DNA of 64,000 bases, taken from contig NC_047030.1 in the NCBI RefSeq assembly GCF_902652985.1, positions 31,186,001 through 31,250,000 on the forward strand, read 5' to 3'. Position numbers and translations under genes: made by a program. Numbering within the stretch: position 1 is the first letter of the stretch; every line of letters begins with the position of its first letter. This DNA comes from Pecten maximus (Eukaryota). Of the stretch, positions 12,701 to 26,253 are shown in pieces. The notes below the pieces were generated by a model. It was not told the DNA's origin, did no database searches, and saw only the letters and a list, made by a program, of their open reading frames with translations.

Positions 12701-15700
12701 TTTTTCTTCACCCATTCATGTTTTAAACGTTGACAGGCATGCATGTAACAAAAATTAATTTTCAATTGTTTGTACACAGAATGCGGCTTTCTAACTGTTT
12801 GACTTTATTTTCATACTTCTATGAGAAAAATTCGCAAATGACACTGAAAAGATGACGTCACAATACGGCCATTGACGTTTCTTATTGATTTGTGAAAAAG
12901 AATCCCTTATAAAATCAGGTTAATTGTACATAAAACATGTTTTGATTTTTAAAATAAATTTCAAAAATAAATTACAAGCGTTGATGTCAATTATTTTTTA
13001 GTTCTATAGGAAACCAATGAAACTAAAAAAATATGACATTAATGCTTAAATAAAGCAGCAAGCACACGATAATTTTCACTATATTCAATTAAATAATTTC
13101 ATAACACACCTTAAAATGTTTTTCGTCCTTATTTATTCAAAAACATCACTGTAAACTTACATGACATTCAAGAATTAATATATATGTGGTGTATTGTTTC
13201 AGGAAAATTAGGAAAAACTTTGGCAAAAATGCTATCAATATCAACGACACTTACCTGATGTAGAGCGTAACTTCCTAGTAATAAAAGATAAAAATAGACT
13301 GGGAATTCCCCTGGTTTTTCCTGGACGTGGTACGACAGCCACACAATAAAAGCATACCACAACCCGAACAACAACCTGAAATGAGAAATATGATTGTTAT
13401 TTCACTGCAAACAGGACTCTTTTATAGCTTTTAACATCAAAATATTATCAAAAAACAAATTATACTGTATCTTGCTATTTTTTTTGCTTGAGAAATAAAG
13501 CATTTTCAACAAATTAAAGGTATCACTTAAAATGAATAAATAAGTGACATTTTTTACAATCTGGGCAATGAAAAGAAGATTTTGGTTAACAAATTATGAA
13601 ATATCTTGGTAAAATATGAAACAAATATGAAATTCATTTCTTTTTAAACACGAAAATCACTTCAAAAAATATCTTACTGATATCTAACATATTGTTAAAA
13701 AAGAAACCTTAAAGGACTTTGTAAGATACTGTTTATAGTTAAAAGGATTTCCAAGCCGCTACTAATCATTATTGGTATATCCAGGCCCTATACAGTATTG
13801 GAGGCCTCGTACCGTAATGGCATGGCCCTCAGGAACACAGCCATCGGTCTAGGACCTGTGGTAAACTTGCTGATAATCAGAGGTAACATAATCTGTATAG
13901 GAATCATAGGTACAGCAAACAAAGCCAGAGTCTCCTTCTTCATCCCAGCCTCTATCAGCTTCAGACTTGTCGCTGAGTCCGCAACAGAAAAACCAACCTG
14001 TTTTAATATAATGCAAATTGTGAAAATCTGGTAATGACTACATATGTCTGTAATATATTAATGTCTCTAACTTTTGATACATAAGAAAAGATATATAGAA
14101 TTAAGACACATCAAAACCTCGGATCTGAATTAAAAATTACAATAATGTTTTCCCCAGCATTTTCACCTTTCGCAAAGCAAGTACACATGTACAATGAAAA
14201 CTGGTCAAGGTGGTGGAGCATTTTTTGGATTACTTCATCTTAGAATATGTGTAGATACTCTTCTTAAAGCAGAATCTGTGCTCCATGTCCTTTATCAAAT
14301 GACCTCTGATCCATAACCTTTGCCGAAATAATCTCTTGACCCATCACCTCTGTCACCTAACCTATGACTCATGACCTCTGTCCCTTGATCCATGATCTCG
14401 GTCTCATTACTTCTGTGCCATGACCTTTGATCCATGACCTCTATTACCAGGCTTATGATCATGACCCATGATCTCTTTACTAGACCTATGATCAATAGCC
14501 TCTGTCCCATGACCTGTCACCCAACCTGTGAACCATGACCTCCATCCAATGACCTATAATCCATATGTTAAACCATGACCTCCATCCCATGACCTATAAC
14601 CTTTTCCCCTATGACCTATAATCCATATGTTAAACCATGACCTCCATCCCATGACCTATAATCCATAGGTTGAACCATGACCTCCATCCCATGACCTTTA
14701 ATCTATAGGTTGAACTATGACCTCCATACCATGACCTATAACCTTTTCCCCTATGGCCTATAATTCATGAGTGCATGGGGACAATCTACCTTGGCTGTGA
14801 GGATGATGATGGCGTACGAGATGACGGAGGGCAGTCTGATGACATTTAATAGTTGTTTATACGTTCCTATGACACCTTGGTCTAAATCAGCCTCCGGATC
14901 TTCTGCTTCGCGCTTTAGGGCCCAAACCAGCGTCGTAGTGATGACAAACACAACACCCCACATTCTCAGGAAATCTGTAATGATGGTTAAATTTGGACAA
15001 AGTATAATTAGAAAATATTTCTAATCCATAATGATATAATACAGAGTAGCTATTCAGACTTGCGACTATGCCATCCCTTGATGACACTATCACACCATAG
15101 TGCCCTCAAAAGAAGACAATACATACATTGTTTAGTGCACTCAGACTTAATTTTTTACACTTTATTTCAATATTATTCAACTGAATAGTCACCACCAGCA
15201 GTGTCAGTCATTTTCGTCATCTACATTAATCGGAGTGTCGGTTTATGACACACCACCACACCTTGGTGAACCCATGTGTCTAATATAAAGTTTCAGCGAC
15301 AAGTAATTGAAGGGATAGAATCTGGACAAGATAAAAATTGGAAGGTAAAACTATACCCCCCCCCCCCCCCCCCCCCCCCCAATTCCCAGTGGTAAAATAA
15401 TAACTTCACATCATGTTTTACATAATAGAACCAAATATAATTCAGACCACCTTCTCAACCAGACAAATATGTACCCTGAGTTGTCTGTATATAAAAGGGG
15501 CCACGGTGGCCAAGTGTTTAATGTGTATCGACACTTTATCACTAGCCCTCCACCTCTGGGTTGCGAATCCTATGGTTGCCAGGTACTGACCGTAGGCCAG
15601 TGGGTTTTTTCCGGCTTTCCTCCACCTCCAAAACCTGGCACGTCCTTAAATGACCCTGGCTGTTAATAGGACATTAAACAAAATAAACCAAACCAATGTT

Positions 15701-17396
15701 TGTATATAAGTGACAATCTACCGGACTCAAGAAAATGTGTATAACTTACATGACAGAGTTACGATGCCTTCATCTGATGGGACTGACCGGAGGTAGGTGT
15801 TACAGAAGTGAGGTGACTCGAGAGCCATGAACAGGACATTCCCAAGGAAATAGCCAGCTGTCTGTCCTACGGTGTTACAGGTACTAGCCCATCCCACATT
15901 ACGTCTGTAAACAACAACAACAACAATCAATTAGAAATACAGTCTATTTATGGAGACAATGGTTATTTACATTCAGCTTCATACATTATAACATTGAAGA
16001 TAATTTTCACAAATTTATACCATATTTATATTTATCCTCAAATAACCCCGGTAAGTACCCTCCCCTTGGGTAAATGTTTCATTGACCTTACTTTTTAAAA
16101 ATTGATGATTCTACAAAGATGAAGCTTATATGAAATAATATGGTGTAAGTACTTGGTATTTTCTAAATGGTGTTTAATGTATTCAGATGAAATTGGATCC
16201 CTTTTTATATGGTTTAAATAGTTTTCTGTAAGACCAAAAAAAATGGCTGTGTTTCCTCCACTAATTGATATAACGTGCCCCCAAAAATAGGGTATAGTAG
16301 GTACCTGGGGTAGATGGGAAATACTTTTTATTTTACTTTTTTTTTCAATATCATTAAACATTGGAATATGAATATACATAATGTAACATGTAAAAGCACT
16401 TTTCATATCTATATTAAGCCTGCTACACGATCTAAGTAACTAATTATATATATATATAAAGACACTTGAATTGCATATGGGCCGTTAAGGTAATACTTTT
16501 ACTGGCATTGTTTAAATCTCTCAAATAGGATCCTGATTTGTGGAAAGAATTCATTTATTTTTTTTGTATTTTAGTCAATAAAAAACTACAGGGTCGGGGG
16601 TAAGAAATAGGGAGGGTTTTTTATTTTCAATATGCAATCATGATCACTGCTTTCCATCTTCCCAGTAATGATGCATGCACACCACTCATGCTTTTTTCTA
16701 GTTTTATTTCTATTTGCAAGCTATTGGTTTTCTTTTAGAAAGATTTACTTAAATATTGAGACAATTATCCATTGACACATATTCCATGTAGCAATATACT
16801 TACCTCGATAGCATTGTGAGAGCCCAGCCATCCACTGCAATATCTTGTGTAGCTGCCAGAAAGTTCAACATGAAGAAAACTGAAGTTAGGGTGTAAATAT
16901 TGACAATATTTCCATTCTTTCCCATCAAATTGTCTACGTGGATTGAAAGGACGAACATGAACAGACCAATTAGGTATTGTATCGGCACCAGCCAAGTTTT
17001 GCGGCGACCAAACCACGTAAAGTAGAGGGAGTCCACAAGCGGGGCCCAAAGAAGTTTTATACTGAACGGCCAGAATACAAAACTAAAAATAGCCTGTTCT
17101 TTGTAACTGACATTCTGGGTTTGGAGTAACATAGGTATACTTCCACCTAAACCGAGCGGAATCCCCTGAAGAATGTACAATAGCATCAGCAGCGCTATAT
17201 TAGAGTAGTCTCCCTTGAGGCTGTGGTCTGTATTTTGGCTATCCTCCATGGATTCTAAATCTGGTTGCTTGATTGTCGTGTGAAGTGGTATATGTGGAGC
17301 CGAGAGTTCAAACTCCAGATCAGTAACATCTACAAGTCTATGCTGTCCTACATGACGCTTACGACCCCCGTCACTTTCATGGCCTTTTGACCCCAT
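9750..17396 (-). CDS. SLC33A1: Acetyl-coenzyme A transporter 1 (MFS, ER membrane), 8 coding exons, ~536 aa
   Basis: Exons (minus): 17396-16804, 15904-15750, 14974-14790, 13997-13813, 13375-13255, 12177-12069, 11267-11164, 9908-9750. All introns are GT-AG with consistent phases; total 1611 nt ending ...PQSAWKCS-TGA. Diagnostic AT-1 motifs: LYILQGIPLGL, WPFSIKLLWAPLVDS, GRRKTWLVPIQY, ATQDIAVDGWALTML, ASTCNTVGQTAG, KISDPAIGGTYMTLLNT, GGNWPGTVALW, DGYY. A 5' UTR acceptor lies at ~17523. Confidence 0.96.
10178..10345 (-). mobile_element. Second tRNA-derived V-type SINE family (degenerate)
   Basis: Minus strand shows an A-box-like CAGTGGTAAC, a B-box GGGTTCGATTCCC, then GTGGGTTGTTTTCAGGTAGTCTGGTTTCC resembling the V domain. 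The body differs from the main SINE family. Confidence 0.6.
10564..10769 (-). mobile_element. V-domain tRNA-SINE (main family), in SLC33A1 intron
   Basis: Head GGGGCC..GGTGGCCAAGTGGTTAAGG, V-domain GGTTTTTCTCCGGGTACTCCGGCTTTCCTCC, (AAAC)-rich tail; ATTTTCCAAGGT on both flanks (TSD). Confidence 0.9.
11578..12000 (+). mobile_element. CR1-type LINE 3' fragment (ORF2 C-terminus), antisense within an SLC33A1 intron
   Basis: AYRRSRGDMIEV..., then TRGHNFKIHKGFSRLDVRKYSFTQRIVDMWNSLPFDVV...FEYKLDAHW, the classic CR1 ORF2 terminal motif, with a frame disruption. Confidence 0.88.
12361..12567 (-). mobile_element. V-domain tRNA-SINE (main family)
   Basis: Near-full-length match to the other copies, reverse orientation. 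Confidence 0.9.
14297..14765. repeat. CCATGACC-based intronic minisatellite (~40 bp higher-order unit)
   Basis: Repeats of CCATGACCTCCATCCCATGACCTATAATCCATA(T/G)GTT(A/G)AA that decay leftwards; begins ~25 nt into the SLC33A1 intron after the 14790 donor. Confidence 0.85.
15497..15696 (+). mobile_element. V-domain tRNA-SINE (main family, internal deletions)
   Basis: GGGGCCACGGTGGCCAAGTG head through AATAGGACATTAAACAAAATAAACC tail; flanked by TGT(C/T)TGTATATAA repeats. Confidence 0.88.
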
Positions 17397-19284
17397 TTGT
17401 CTCTGACTAGATTTGAAATGAAGAAATCACTTAAGTTATTAATAATGGAAACTGATTGATGTCCTCCAAGTAAGTACGCCTTGTAGCTCTTTCCTCTTTA
17501 AGACATTGCTGAAGCTGAATTTCTGAAAAAGAATCAAGAAATTAAATTATTTAAAGATTAACATTAAAGTTACAATGTGAACATGTTTAATTTATTTTTA
17601 ATGAATGAGTTCAGCAGATTTTCCCAGTGAGTTGAGATGAAGCAGGAAGGAGTTCCAGTGAGGATCTGATTAAGTCCAATCAACAGCTGGAGGCCAAATT
17701 TAAACTATCAATATAATGAATATCAACAATTCTTACAATTAATTAAACAAAGGCTGTTGATGAATATATATAACGATTAATATCTAGTATTCATAATGAC
17801 ATTACATCAAACTTCTGCGATCTGACAGGAACCAAAATTAAATTGCATAACTTGTATATCACAGCCCTGTGACTTCCTCATACTGTACATGAAGCATGTG
17901 CTGTTGCTATATACATTACCCAATTCTGAATTAAGTCTGAAAATGTTTTTACAAATTTATATATCTTATAACAATATGTACAAAGAAGTGATGTTTTGCC
18001 ACCTCTCCGGACCAACATATATATATTGATCATATATCATAACAGATACATACAGAAATACAACAGTTGTTTCTCTTCCATATGTTGTACAGTACTAGTA
18101 TTGTTGTACATTTATATATATATACGCTAGCATCAAGTTATCTTGGTCGGGATAATTATGCAAATAAATGTATTTCTGTTGGCTAAAACTGGTGATGTAA
18201 ATCAATCGCCTTCCTCTAGTAAATTCATTCCTTGGATTTTAAATTATTATGATCAAATATTGCTATTGATACTGACAGTGCTCAGTGCTGACAGTTATTT
18301 AGAAACAGCTGTTTTGACCAGATTGAATCTTGACGGGAGGTTAGAAGTACATAAAATATGAAAGATTAGAAACGTTGATAATGAATACACCAGATAATTT
18401 TTCAGAATATTATGAAGTATTGAGATCGACGTTACACATTCTCACCTGGTAAATACTTAATCCAGTTAAATCAACGTGTCATATACATATAACGTTACCC
18501 GTAAGATGAAAGGGTCGGCGTGACTTAGTTTTTTATTTTGTTGTCATCAATGTCTAACAGACGCTTTAGAGAGCTACTAACGACAGGATTAGGCGTACCG
18601 GTGCGGGCTTAGAGAGGTTCGTCATGGACAAACGACAGACCGGTATACACATTCATACACTGGCAATTCGTATTTTGGGGACAAATAAAATAGTTTGATA
18701 AGATTGTTTAGGGAATGCAGCAAGAAAAACAAAAAACAAAAACAAAACAAAACAAGTGAAGGGAAAATGGAAATTGTCTTAGCCACAGAAAAAAACGAAC
18801 AGACTCAAATGTTGAGAGATATCATTACGGAGAAAGTTACAGGTCATAACAAAACAAATATTGAAAAGGTAAAAGCATTAAGGAAAGATAAATAAAAAAT
18901 ATTTCAGATATAATTAAGCAAACAGGTCCGTCATTATTATACTAAAAAAATGTGATGTTTTCATTTTTTTCTCCAAAATAAAAATAACTCGAGTACAATT
19001 AACTTTTTGTATCCAATTTGTAATAATTCAGCTAAAATTGCTAGCTGTTTGTTTTCAATTACAGTAGTTAAAATAGGATTATAAGCACTTTGTTTCCAAT
19101 TTACAATAATCTAGTTAAAATTGATAGCTCTTTGTTTCCAATTTGTAATAATCAAGCTTAAAATGTTAGTTCTTTGTTTCCAAATTGCAATAATTCAGTT
19201 AAAATCATTAGCTCAGTGTCCCCAAACTAACAATTGGCCCCCTCCCCCACTTTTTACAGTGGGGGGACAAACATATCTTTTTAG

Positions 19285-19321
<37 letters not shown>

Positions 19322-19919
19322 ACTTGACATCCAAAATCTAAAAAAAAGAGGGAAAACATGAATTTTTATATTCATTTCGATAAATATCCGTAATTTTTTC
19401 GAACCGAACGATAAAACTGTATCTTGTACATCCGGAACATTCCGACTTTTATACTAGTATATCGATCCTCAGACCTGTGTGTCGGTCGTCTGCAATAGCC
19501 TGGTAGTCAATATTAATATCTTAATACGAAATTTTGCTTAACTTCATCACATAGATTCGATAAGTTGATGATAATTTGTGAAGTTGGTTGAGTTCATAAT
19601 GAGTTCATAATGAGAACAAGACAGAAACACAACATGAATAAGAATGGGCGGTTTTAACGTGAATAGAGTGATACAAATTACCGACAGGTACGAATGAGGA
19701 AACACCGTATAACATGAAACGGCACTGACATCTGTTGTCGACAAATTAGCAGCATATAGGGTTCGCTTTAGATACACATTCTATCAGATTCGAAAAGTTA
19801 AAAACCTGTCAATTATTAAGGAAAAATAATAAGTTTTTAAAGTGAATACATATTCTAGGTAAATTTGACCTTTTTTCGGAGGAGGAGGACATTTTTTTTA
19901 TAGCCTTAAAAATAAATTA

Positions 19920-20315
19920 AAAATCGCCTCTCGCCTACGGCGCTCGCATTATCACTAAATTACTGCCCCCCTTTCAATTGCAGATTGCAAATTTGCTATA
20001 TTCATTTTCCACAGGGGGGCTTCGCTACCCTGGGACCCGCTGGGCGGCCCCAGACCCCTCGCAAAAAGGAAAAAAATTGCCTCGCGCCTATGGCGCTCGC
20101 ATTATCACTTAATTACTTGACCCCCCCCCCCCCCCCCCCCTTTCGAAACATCCTGAATCCACGCCTGATCCAGAATGATTGCAAATATGCTATATTCATT
20201 TTCCGCGGGGGGCTTAGCCTCCCCCCCCCTACCAGGGCGGCCCCTCCGAAAAAAAGCAAAAAAAAATCGGCTCGCGACTTTGGCGCTCGCATTATCACTT
20301 AATTACTGGACCTCC

Positions 20316-20348
<33 letters not shown>

Positions 20349-20378
20349 CCCTTTCGAAAATCATGGATCCGGGCCTGG
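19920..20378. repeat. Three related GC-rich repeat units with poly-C tracts (non-autonomous element relic)
   Basis: CTCGC(G)CCTA(C/T)GGCGCTCGCATTATCACT(T)AATTACT-like motif occurs at ~19928, ~20080 and ~20270, each followed by C runs. Confidence 0.6.
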
Positions 20379-20829
20379 TGATTCATGTTTTACTATAAAT
20401 AATATATCCTGATTTGCGTAAATAACTTATTTTGTACAACATAAATTACCTACCTCATGTATATATAATAAGAATAATTAAAAACAGCGTCCAATTGCTG
20501 GCTTGAGTAGTACAACTAAACCTTTGTCTAAACTTACTACCACCATACTTAAAACAATCAAAGCAGGCCTGTGGTTGTCCTCTGTTTGCTGTCTTGTTTT
20601 TTTTTTTAATTTCATACGAAACTGATTATAAAGAAGAGCATGTCAGAACAGGTAGCGGAGACCTGACAAAGTCCTACAATCTGAGCTGTAGATATATTGA
20701 ATATGTGTTATCGTTGATAACAGTGCTAAGGGTATCCCCCTTAAGAACCGAAAATCAGTCAACATCAGTCGCTTAACCCGATCTTTGCTTACCACGTGAC
20801 TAGCAGAGACACGATGTATGATGAGCGTG

Positions 20830-21060
20830 ATTATTTGGGTTTCCCAATTTTTAATTTCCCATTTGTTGATAGCATCATCCCTGAGTCTCAAACCTAGAGA
20901 GTTTGCACGTCCCAGCTGATCTGATATTCAAGGACTTTTTCACATTATCAAGATTTCCGAGACAAATGTCTACAACTGACAGAGAAATTAACACAAGGTT
21001 TGGGAGACGCGTAATGGTGAAGACAACGTGGAAGTTTCGTTGTCGGCATCATCTCATTTT
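20830..21060 (+). mobile_element. Decayed reverse-transcriptase retroelement C-terminal region (Penelope-like family); related relics at ~21970-22070 and ~53135-53330
   Basis: Reads FPIFNFPFVDSIIP...SQLI*YSRTFSHYQDFRDKCLQLTEKLTQG, resembling the FPIVNFP..SNIP...SQLIRY...DF...LT.KL..QG motif series. The 21970 relic reads KCQLRTTKLIQGF...KFYGQNHD. In-frame stops are present. Confidence 0.6.
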
Positions 21061-23125
21061 GAAAGATTCTATTTCCTTAACGACATCATTTCATTTTGAA
21101 ATATTATATTTCCTTATGCGACATGACGTCATACATGTTTGGTGTTTGTTGATATACCTAGCAGTTCCATTGTCATCAATGTAACTCTCATTTGAAATTG
21201 TGACTTCGCCTAAATTTGACCAGGTGATTTTTGTATAATGGTTGTCGATGAAAAAGACGCCTACGCTTTCGGAACGCATGGTCACATTTTCTTTGTAGTT
21301 TTGCCTAGATATACCTAGTAGGTCCGTTTTCACGACCATAGTGTTCCTTTTGAGAACGTGACTTACCTGAAGATTTGGAGGCCGGCGTCTTCGTTAAATC
21401 ATATCGTTCATCCGTGAAGTGTTCATATATGGCCTAAGTTTTACCCGTTCTTAGTTGGAATTATGGTTTCGTTTTAATGTTATATGATTGATTAACATTT
21501 CTAATAAATAAATAACAATAATGAAAATTAATAAGTAAATAAATCACAGAATATTGTCAAATGCTAATAGAGTTCTCTCTCTTGTATTCAAATTGATTCA
21601 GTTGAAATTATTGATTTTTGTTTTTAAATAACATTAATGTACTTAAAATTATTAGCTCTTTCTCTCCAATGACAGAAAATTCAGTTACAATTGTAAGCTT
21701 GCTTTCTCCAAATTAGCAGTAATCCTGTTAAAGTTGTAAGCTTGCTATCTCCAAACTACCAGTAATTCTGTTACAATTGTCAGCTTGCTATCTTTAACTT
21801 AATAGTAATCCAGTTGTAATTCTCAGCTCGTTGCCTCGAAACTAACAATGAACAGATTCAAAGTACCTTCAAGTTAACAGTAGTTCAGATAAATTTTTAA
21901 CTTGGTTGTTCCCATAGTAACAGCAAGTAGTGTAAATTGTCAGATTGATTACATTACAATACAATATGACAAATGTCAATTACGGACGACAAAACTAATA
22001 CAAGGTTTCGTAAGATGCAGGTGGATAACGACAATGGAGAAGTTTTATGGACAAAATCATGATCATATATTATGTATATATACATATGTAGTCAGATATG
22101 GAGTCAGACGTTTTCTATGATTGTTGATTTGCCCAGTGGTTCCCGTCTCACTGCCCTTTCTAACTGTCATTCTGAGAATATGGAATTGAAGCTATACATT
22201 GTATTTGCATGAAAACGTTTACCTCCCTGAAGCACATGGTCCTATTCCCTTAAACCTTTCAAGGGTTTCCATACATTTGAATTCCGGCTTCATTTTTATG
22301 ATGATACTCTGAATATTTTTTTATTTTTTATTTTATTTATTTATTTTTATTTTCTTGTCCAATGAAAATAGAGTACGATATCTTCCCGGAAGTCATATTG
22401 CTCGCATTGCTTTCGACTATCTACAAGGTCATACTCCTTCAAGAGGTATATCACACAAAACGAGGCTTGTGTTAGGGTTTAGCTTTGAGAGGGTGTAGAG
22501 TCGAGTCAAACACGTGTTTCTGTGTAACTTCCATTTTTTATTCTCTCCAAAACTAAACATGGAAACAACTTCCGGTGACGGACATAAATCATGTACAAAA
22601 TGACGGATTCTGGATATGCGACTGATGGTTTATAATAATATATATATATACATGCATACGATATATATAACACTTGGATGAATTGAAGTAGCTACAGAAA
22701 CAATAAAAGGTCCCTTGCCCCTTGTACTGCTTGTTTTTGTCTTTTTGTTTTTGTTTTTGTTTTTTTGTTTTTAATGTTCAACATGAACACCACATCAAAC
22801 ATCGCTTACTTTGCAATCGATTGTGATTGTTTTTTTATGAAGGCTTAGCTGGACCTTGAACAAACAAACACAGTTCATCTTCAAGTATGTTTACCTTCCC
22901 TGTATTAGATATAGGATCAGATTCAAAGATCTCAGTATACTAAGAAAAAAACTCATTCAAAAGAAAGGGCGCACGTGGTTTGACAAAATAAACATCATAT
23001 GATGCACACTTATTATCAATTAGTATAAGGACGTGGTATACATATTTATACAGCAAGGTACGAGAGACAAGCGGTCCGAGAGACAGAAGGTGACGGAATA
23101 AATCACCCACTTGCAAACATTCGAT

Positions 23126-26100
23126 ATGGCAACACTGGGTACAGTAACTTGGACGTCTTCGTCGGAGAATTTTACAGAAAGCACGACAGTCATCGGCAAA
23201 ATTACCATGGCACAAGCAAGTCATTCCTCTTTAGACTTTTCTAACTGGGTTGTAGCGCTGACACTTTTAACTACGAACGTTTCCTTAGCATGCTCACTGT
23301 TGCTGCTGCTGACTTTCAGATGCATTAGAAAGAGAAATAATTTTGTTATTTGTATGGTACAATGCCTGGCAGTGGTGGACGTTCTCTTCTGTATCGGCCA
23401 GAATATGGGGATAACCTATTATAATGAATACAGCTCGTCAGATGCTTTGTGTGTAACACAAAGCTTCATTTGTACATTCTCTGATTTAGTATCCTATTGC
23501 TATGTAGCATACATCTTCATATACGTTTTCATTGAGGAGTATGACTCACAAAGGAGGACAAGTGAAAAAGCAAAGTGGATATGCCATTGTATAGCTTGGT
23601 TTATTCCAGGTAAGTTGACTATACGTTTTGGTTTGGGTTTTGTTTAACGTTCTTTTATGGACGTGCTAGGTTTTGGAGGTGGAGGAAAGCCGGAGTACCC
23701 GAAGAAAAACCACCGGCCTACGGTCAGTACCTGGCAACTGCCCAACGTAGATTTTGAACTCGCAATCCAGAGGGGGAGGACAAGCGATAAAGTGTCGGGA
23801 CACCTTGACTATACGTGTTATCAAAGTAAAAAAATGGAAAAATAAAGAAATAAAATCGTGATAAAAACAATCTTACCTGCATGGATAGGGTTGTCATGCT
23901 GTTAACTATCGTTAAGGTATACCGACACTTTATCACTGGCCCTCCACCTCTGGGTTGTGAGTTCGAAACCTACGTGGGGCAGTTGCCAGGTACTGACTGT
24001 AGGTCGGTGGTTTTTCTCCGGGTACTCCGGCTTTCCTCCACCTCCAAAAGCCGGCACGTCCTTAAATGGCCCTGGCTGTTAATAGGACGTTAAACAAAAA
24101 CAAACAATCGTTTATTCTGGCATAGCTTTAATTTCAACGGGAATGTAAATTCTTTCTCGTCTATTTTAAGAAATTGTTTGAGAGTAATATCTTCGTCATA
24201 GAAATGAATATATATTCAGACACATCAGTTCAATTACTAAAACAAGTTTACGCCTTTTATTGGTGTTGATGGTGATGATGATGCTGGTGTGGTTGTAAGG
24301 TAGGATTGGGGTCTTTGGGTGATGTGGGGGTGAAGTTGTTTGATGGCTGAAGTGAATGTGTGGTTGGTGTAGTGTATAGTGAATGAGGTGAATGTGTGGT
24401 GGTGTAGTGTATAGTGAATGAGGTGAATGTGTGGTGGTGTGGTGGTGTAGTGTATAGTGTATGAGGTGAATGTGTGGTGGTGTGGTGTATAGTGAATGAG
24501 ATGAATGTGTGGTGGTGTAGTGGTATGAGGTGAATGTGTGGTGGTGTAGTGTATGAGGTGAATGTGTGGTGGTGTAGTGGATGAGGTGAATGTGTGGTGG
24601 GTGTAGGTTAGGTTGTGTGCGGTGTGTGAGTGAATGGTGTGGTGGTGTGGTGGTGTGGTGGTGTGGTGGTGTGGTGGTGTAGTGTATGAGATGAATGTGT
24701 GGTGGTGTAGTGTATAGTGTATGAGGTGAATGTGTGGTGGTGTGGTGGTGTGGTGGTGTGGTGTGTGTGTAGTGTATAGTGTATGGGGTGAATGTGTGGT
24801 GGTGTGTGTCGTGAGGTATGGGTGCATGTGTGGTGGTGTCTAGTGTCTGAGGTCATGTGTGGTGGTTGTCGTGTATGGGTAAATGCTGTGTGTGTGGTGT
24901 GTGGGTTGTTGGGTGTATGTATGAGGTATGTGTGGTGGTGTAGTGTATGGTGTGATGTGGTGGTGTGGTGGTGTAGTGAATGGGGTGAATGTGTGGTGGT
25001 GTAGTGTATAGTGAATGAGGTGAATGTGTGTGGTGTGGTGGTCTGTGAGTGGTGCTGTGATGAGTGAGTGTGTGTGGGTTGTGGTGTGGTGTGAATGGTG
25101 GCGTGTGTGTGTGGTGTGTGTAGTGTATAGTGATGGAGTGCCTGTGTGTGGTGTGTGTCTAGTGACTGAGGTGCCATGTGTGGTGGTGTAGTGTTTAGTG
25201 CACTGGTGCAATGTGTGGTGGTGTGTGTCTAGTGTACTGATGGTGATGTGTGGTGGTTGTAGTGTGTGTGGTGTTGGTGGTGGTGTGGTGTAGTGTGTAG
25301 TGTATGAGGTGGATGTGTGGTGGTGTAGTGTATAGTGTATGAGGTGAATGTGTGGTGGTGTAGTGTATAGTGAATGGGGTGAATGTGTGGTGGTGTGGTG
25401 GTGTAGTGTATAGTGTATGAGGTGAATGTGTGGTGGTGGTGTATAGTGAATGAGGTGAATGTGTGGTGGTGTAGTGTATAGTGAATGAGGTGAATGTGTG
25501 GTGGTGTAGTGTATAGTGAATGAGGTGAATGTGTGGTGGTGTAGTGTATAGTGAATGAGGTGAATGTGTGGTGGTGGTGTAGTGTATAGTGATTGAACAA
25601 AAACAATCATACAATTACTTCCTTTGGTAAAGAACATGACCATTGGCTATAACAGGTGGCTATTGTACTTCTAGCGGCATATGACTTTCTGATTTTAACT
25701 TTGTTTCATTATAGGGTGTATAACCATAGTTGCAGTAAGTTTAGGAGCATTAGGCGATGCTCCTACGCGATTTGGCTCTTGGTGCTGGATCGACGAATCT
25801 TTGACCGACACACAGCGCCTCCTATGGATGTTATTCACCAAGCAGATTTGGGAAATTCTGATATACTTTATGTCAGTGTATCTCATAATGATTTGGATGA
25901 AAAAGAGAAGGAGAGACAGTCTATCGGTAATCTTGTTTAGAAATATTGACATGTAATACCAGATACATGTAACACCTTTATTTATACTAGTATATTTAAT
26001 ACAATTAGTCCCTGTCTATATAGAAACATTGATGTATATTTACACACGGAAACTGATGGTATATAGTTATGCCTATGATATGTTAATGACTGCTATTGTT

Positions 26101-26218
26101 GAAGAAGCACCAAAGACATATATTTGTGATATCAATAATAGAAAACATACCTATAATATAAGCGTAAAAAAATGCAAAAAAAAACCCAAAACAACAACAA
26201 CAACAAAAACAAAACAAC

Positions 26219-26253
<35 letters not shown>

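Noticed and set aside
24237-25643. His/Thr-rich ORFs on the minus strand (up to 267 aa)
   Set aside because: Translation artefacts of the G/T minisatellite; open in several frames and lying antisense within an intron.
19285-26251. Poly-Pro/poly-Gly ORFs from long C runs (15356, 19285, 20120, 20318, 26221)
   Set aside because: Homopolymer tracts in non-coding or repeat DNA; their lengths are also unreliable in assemblies.
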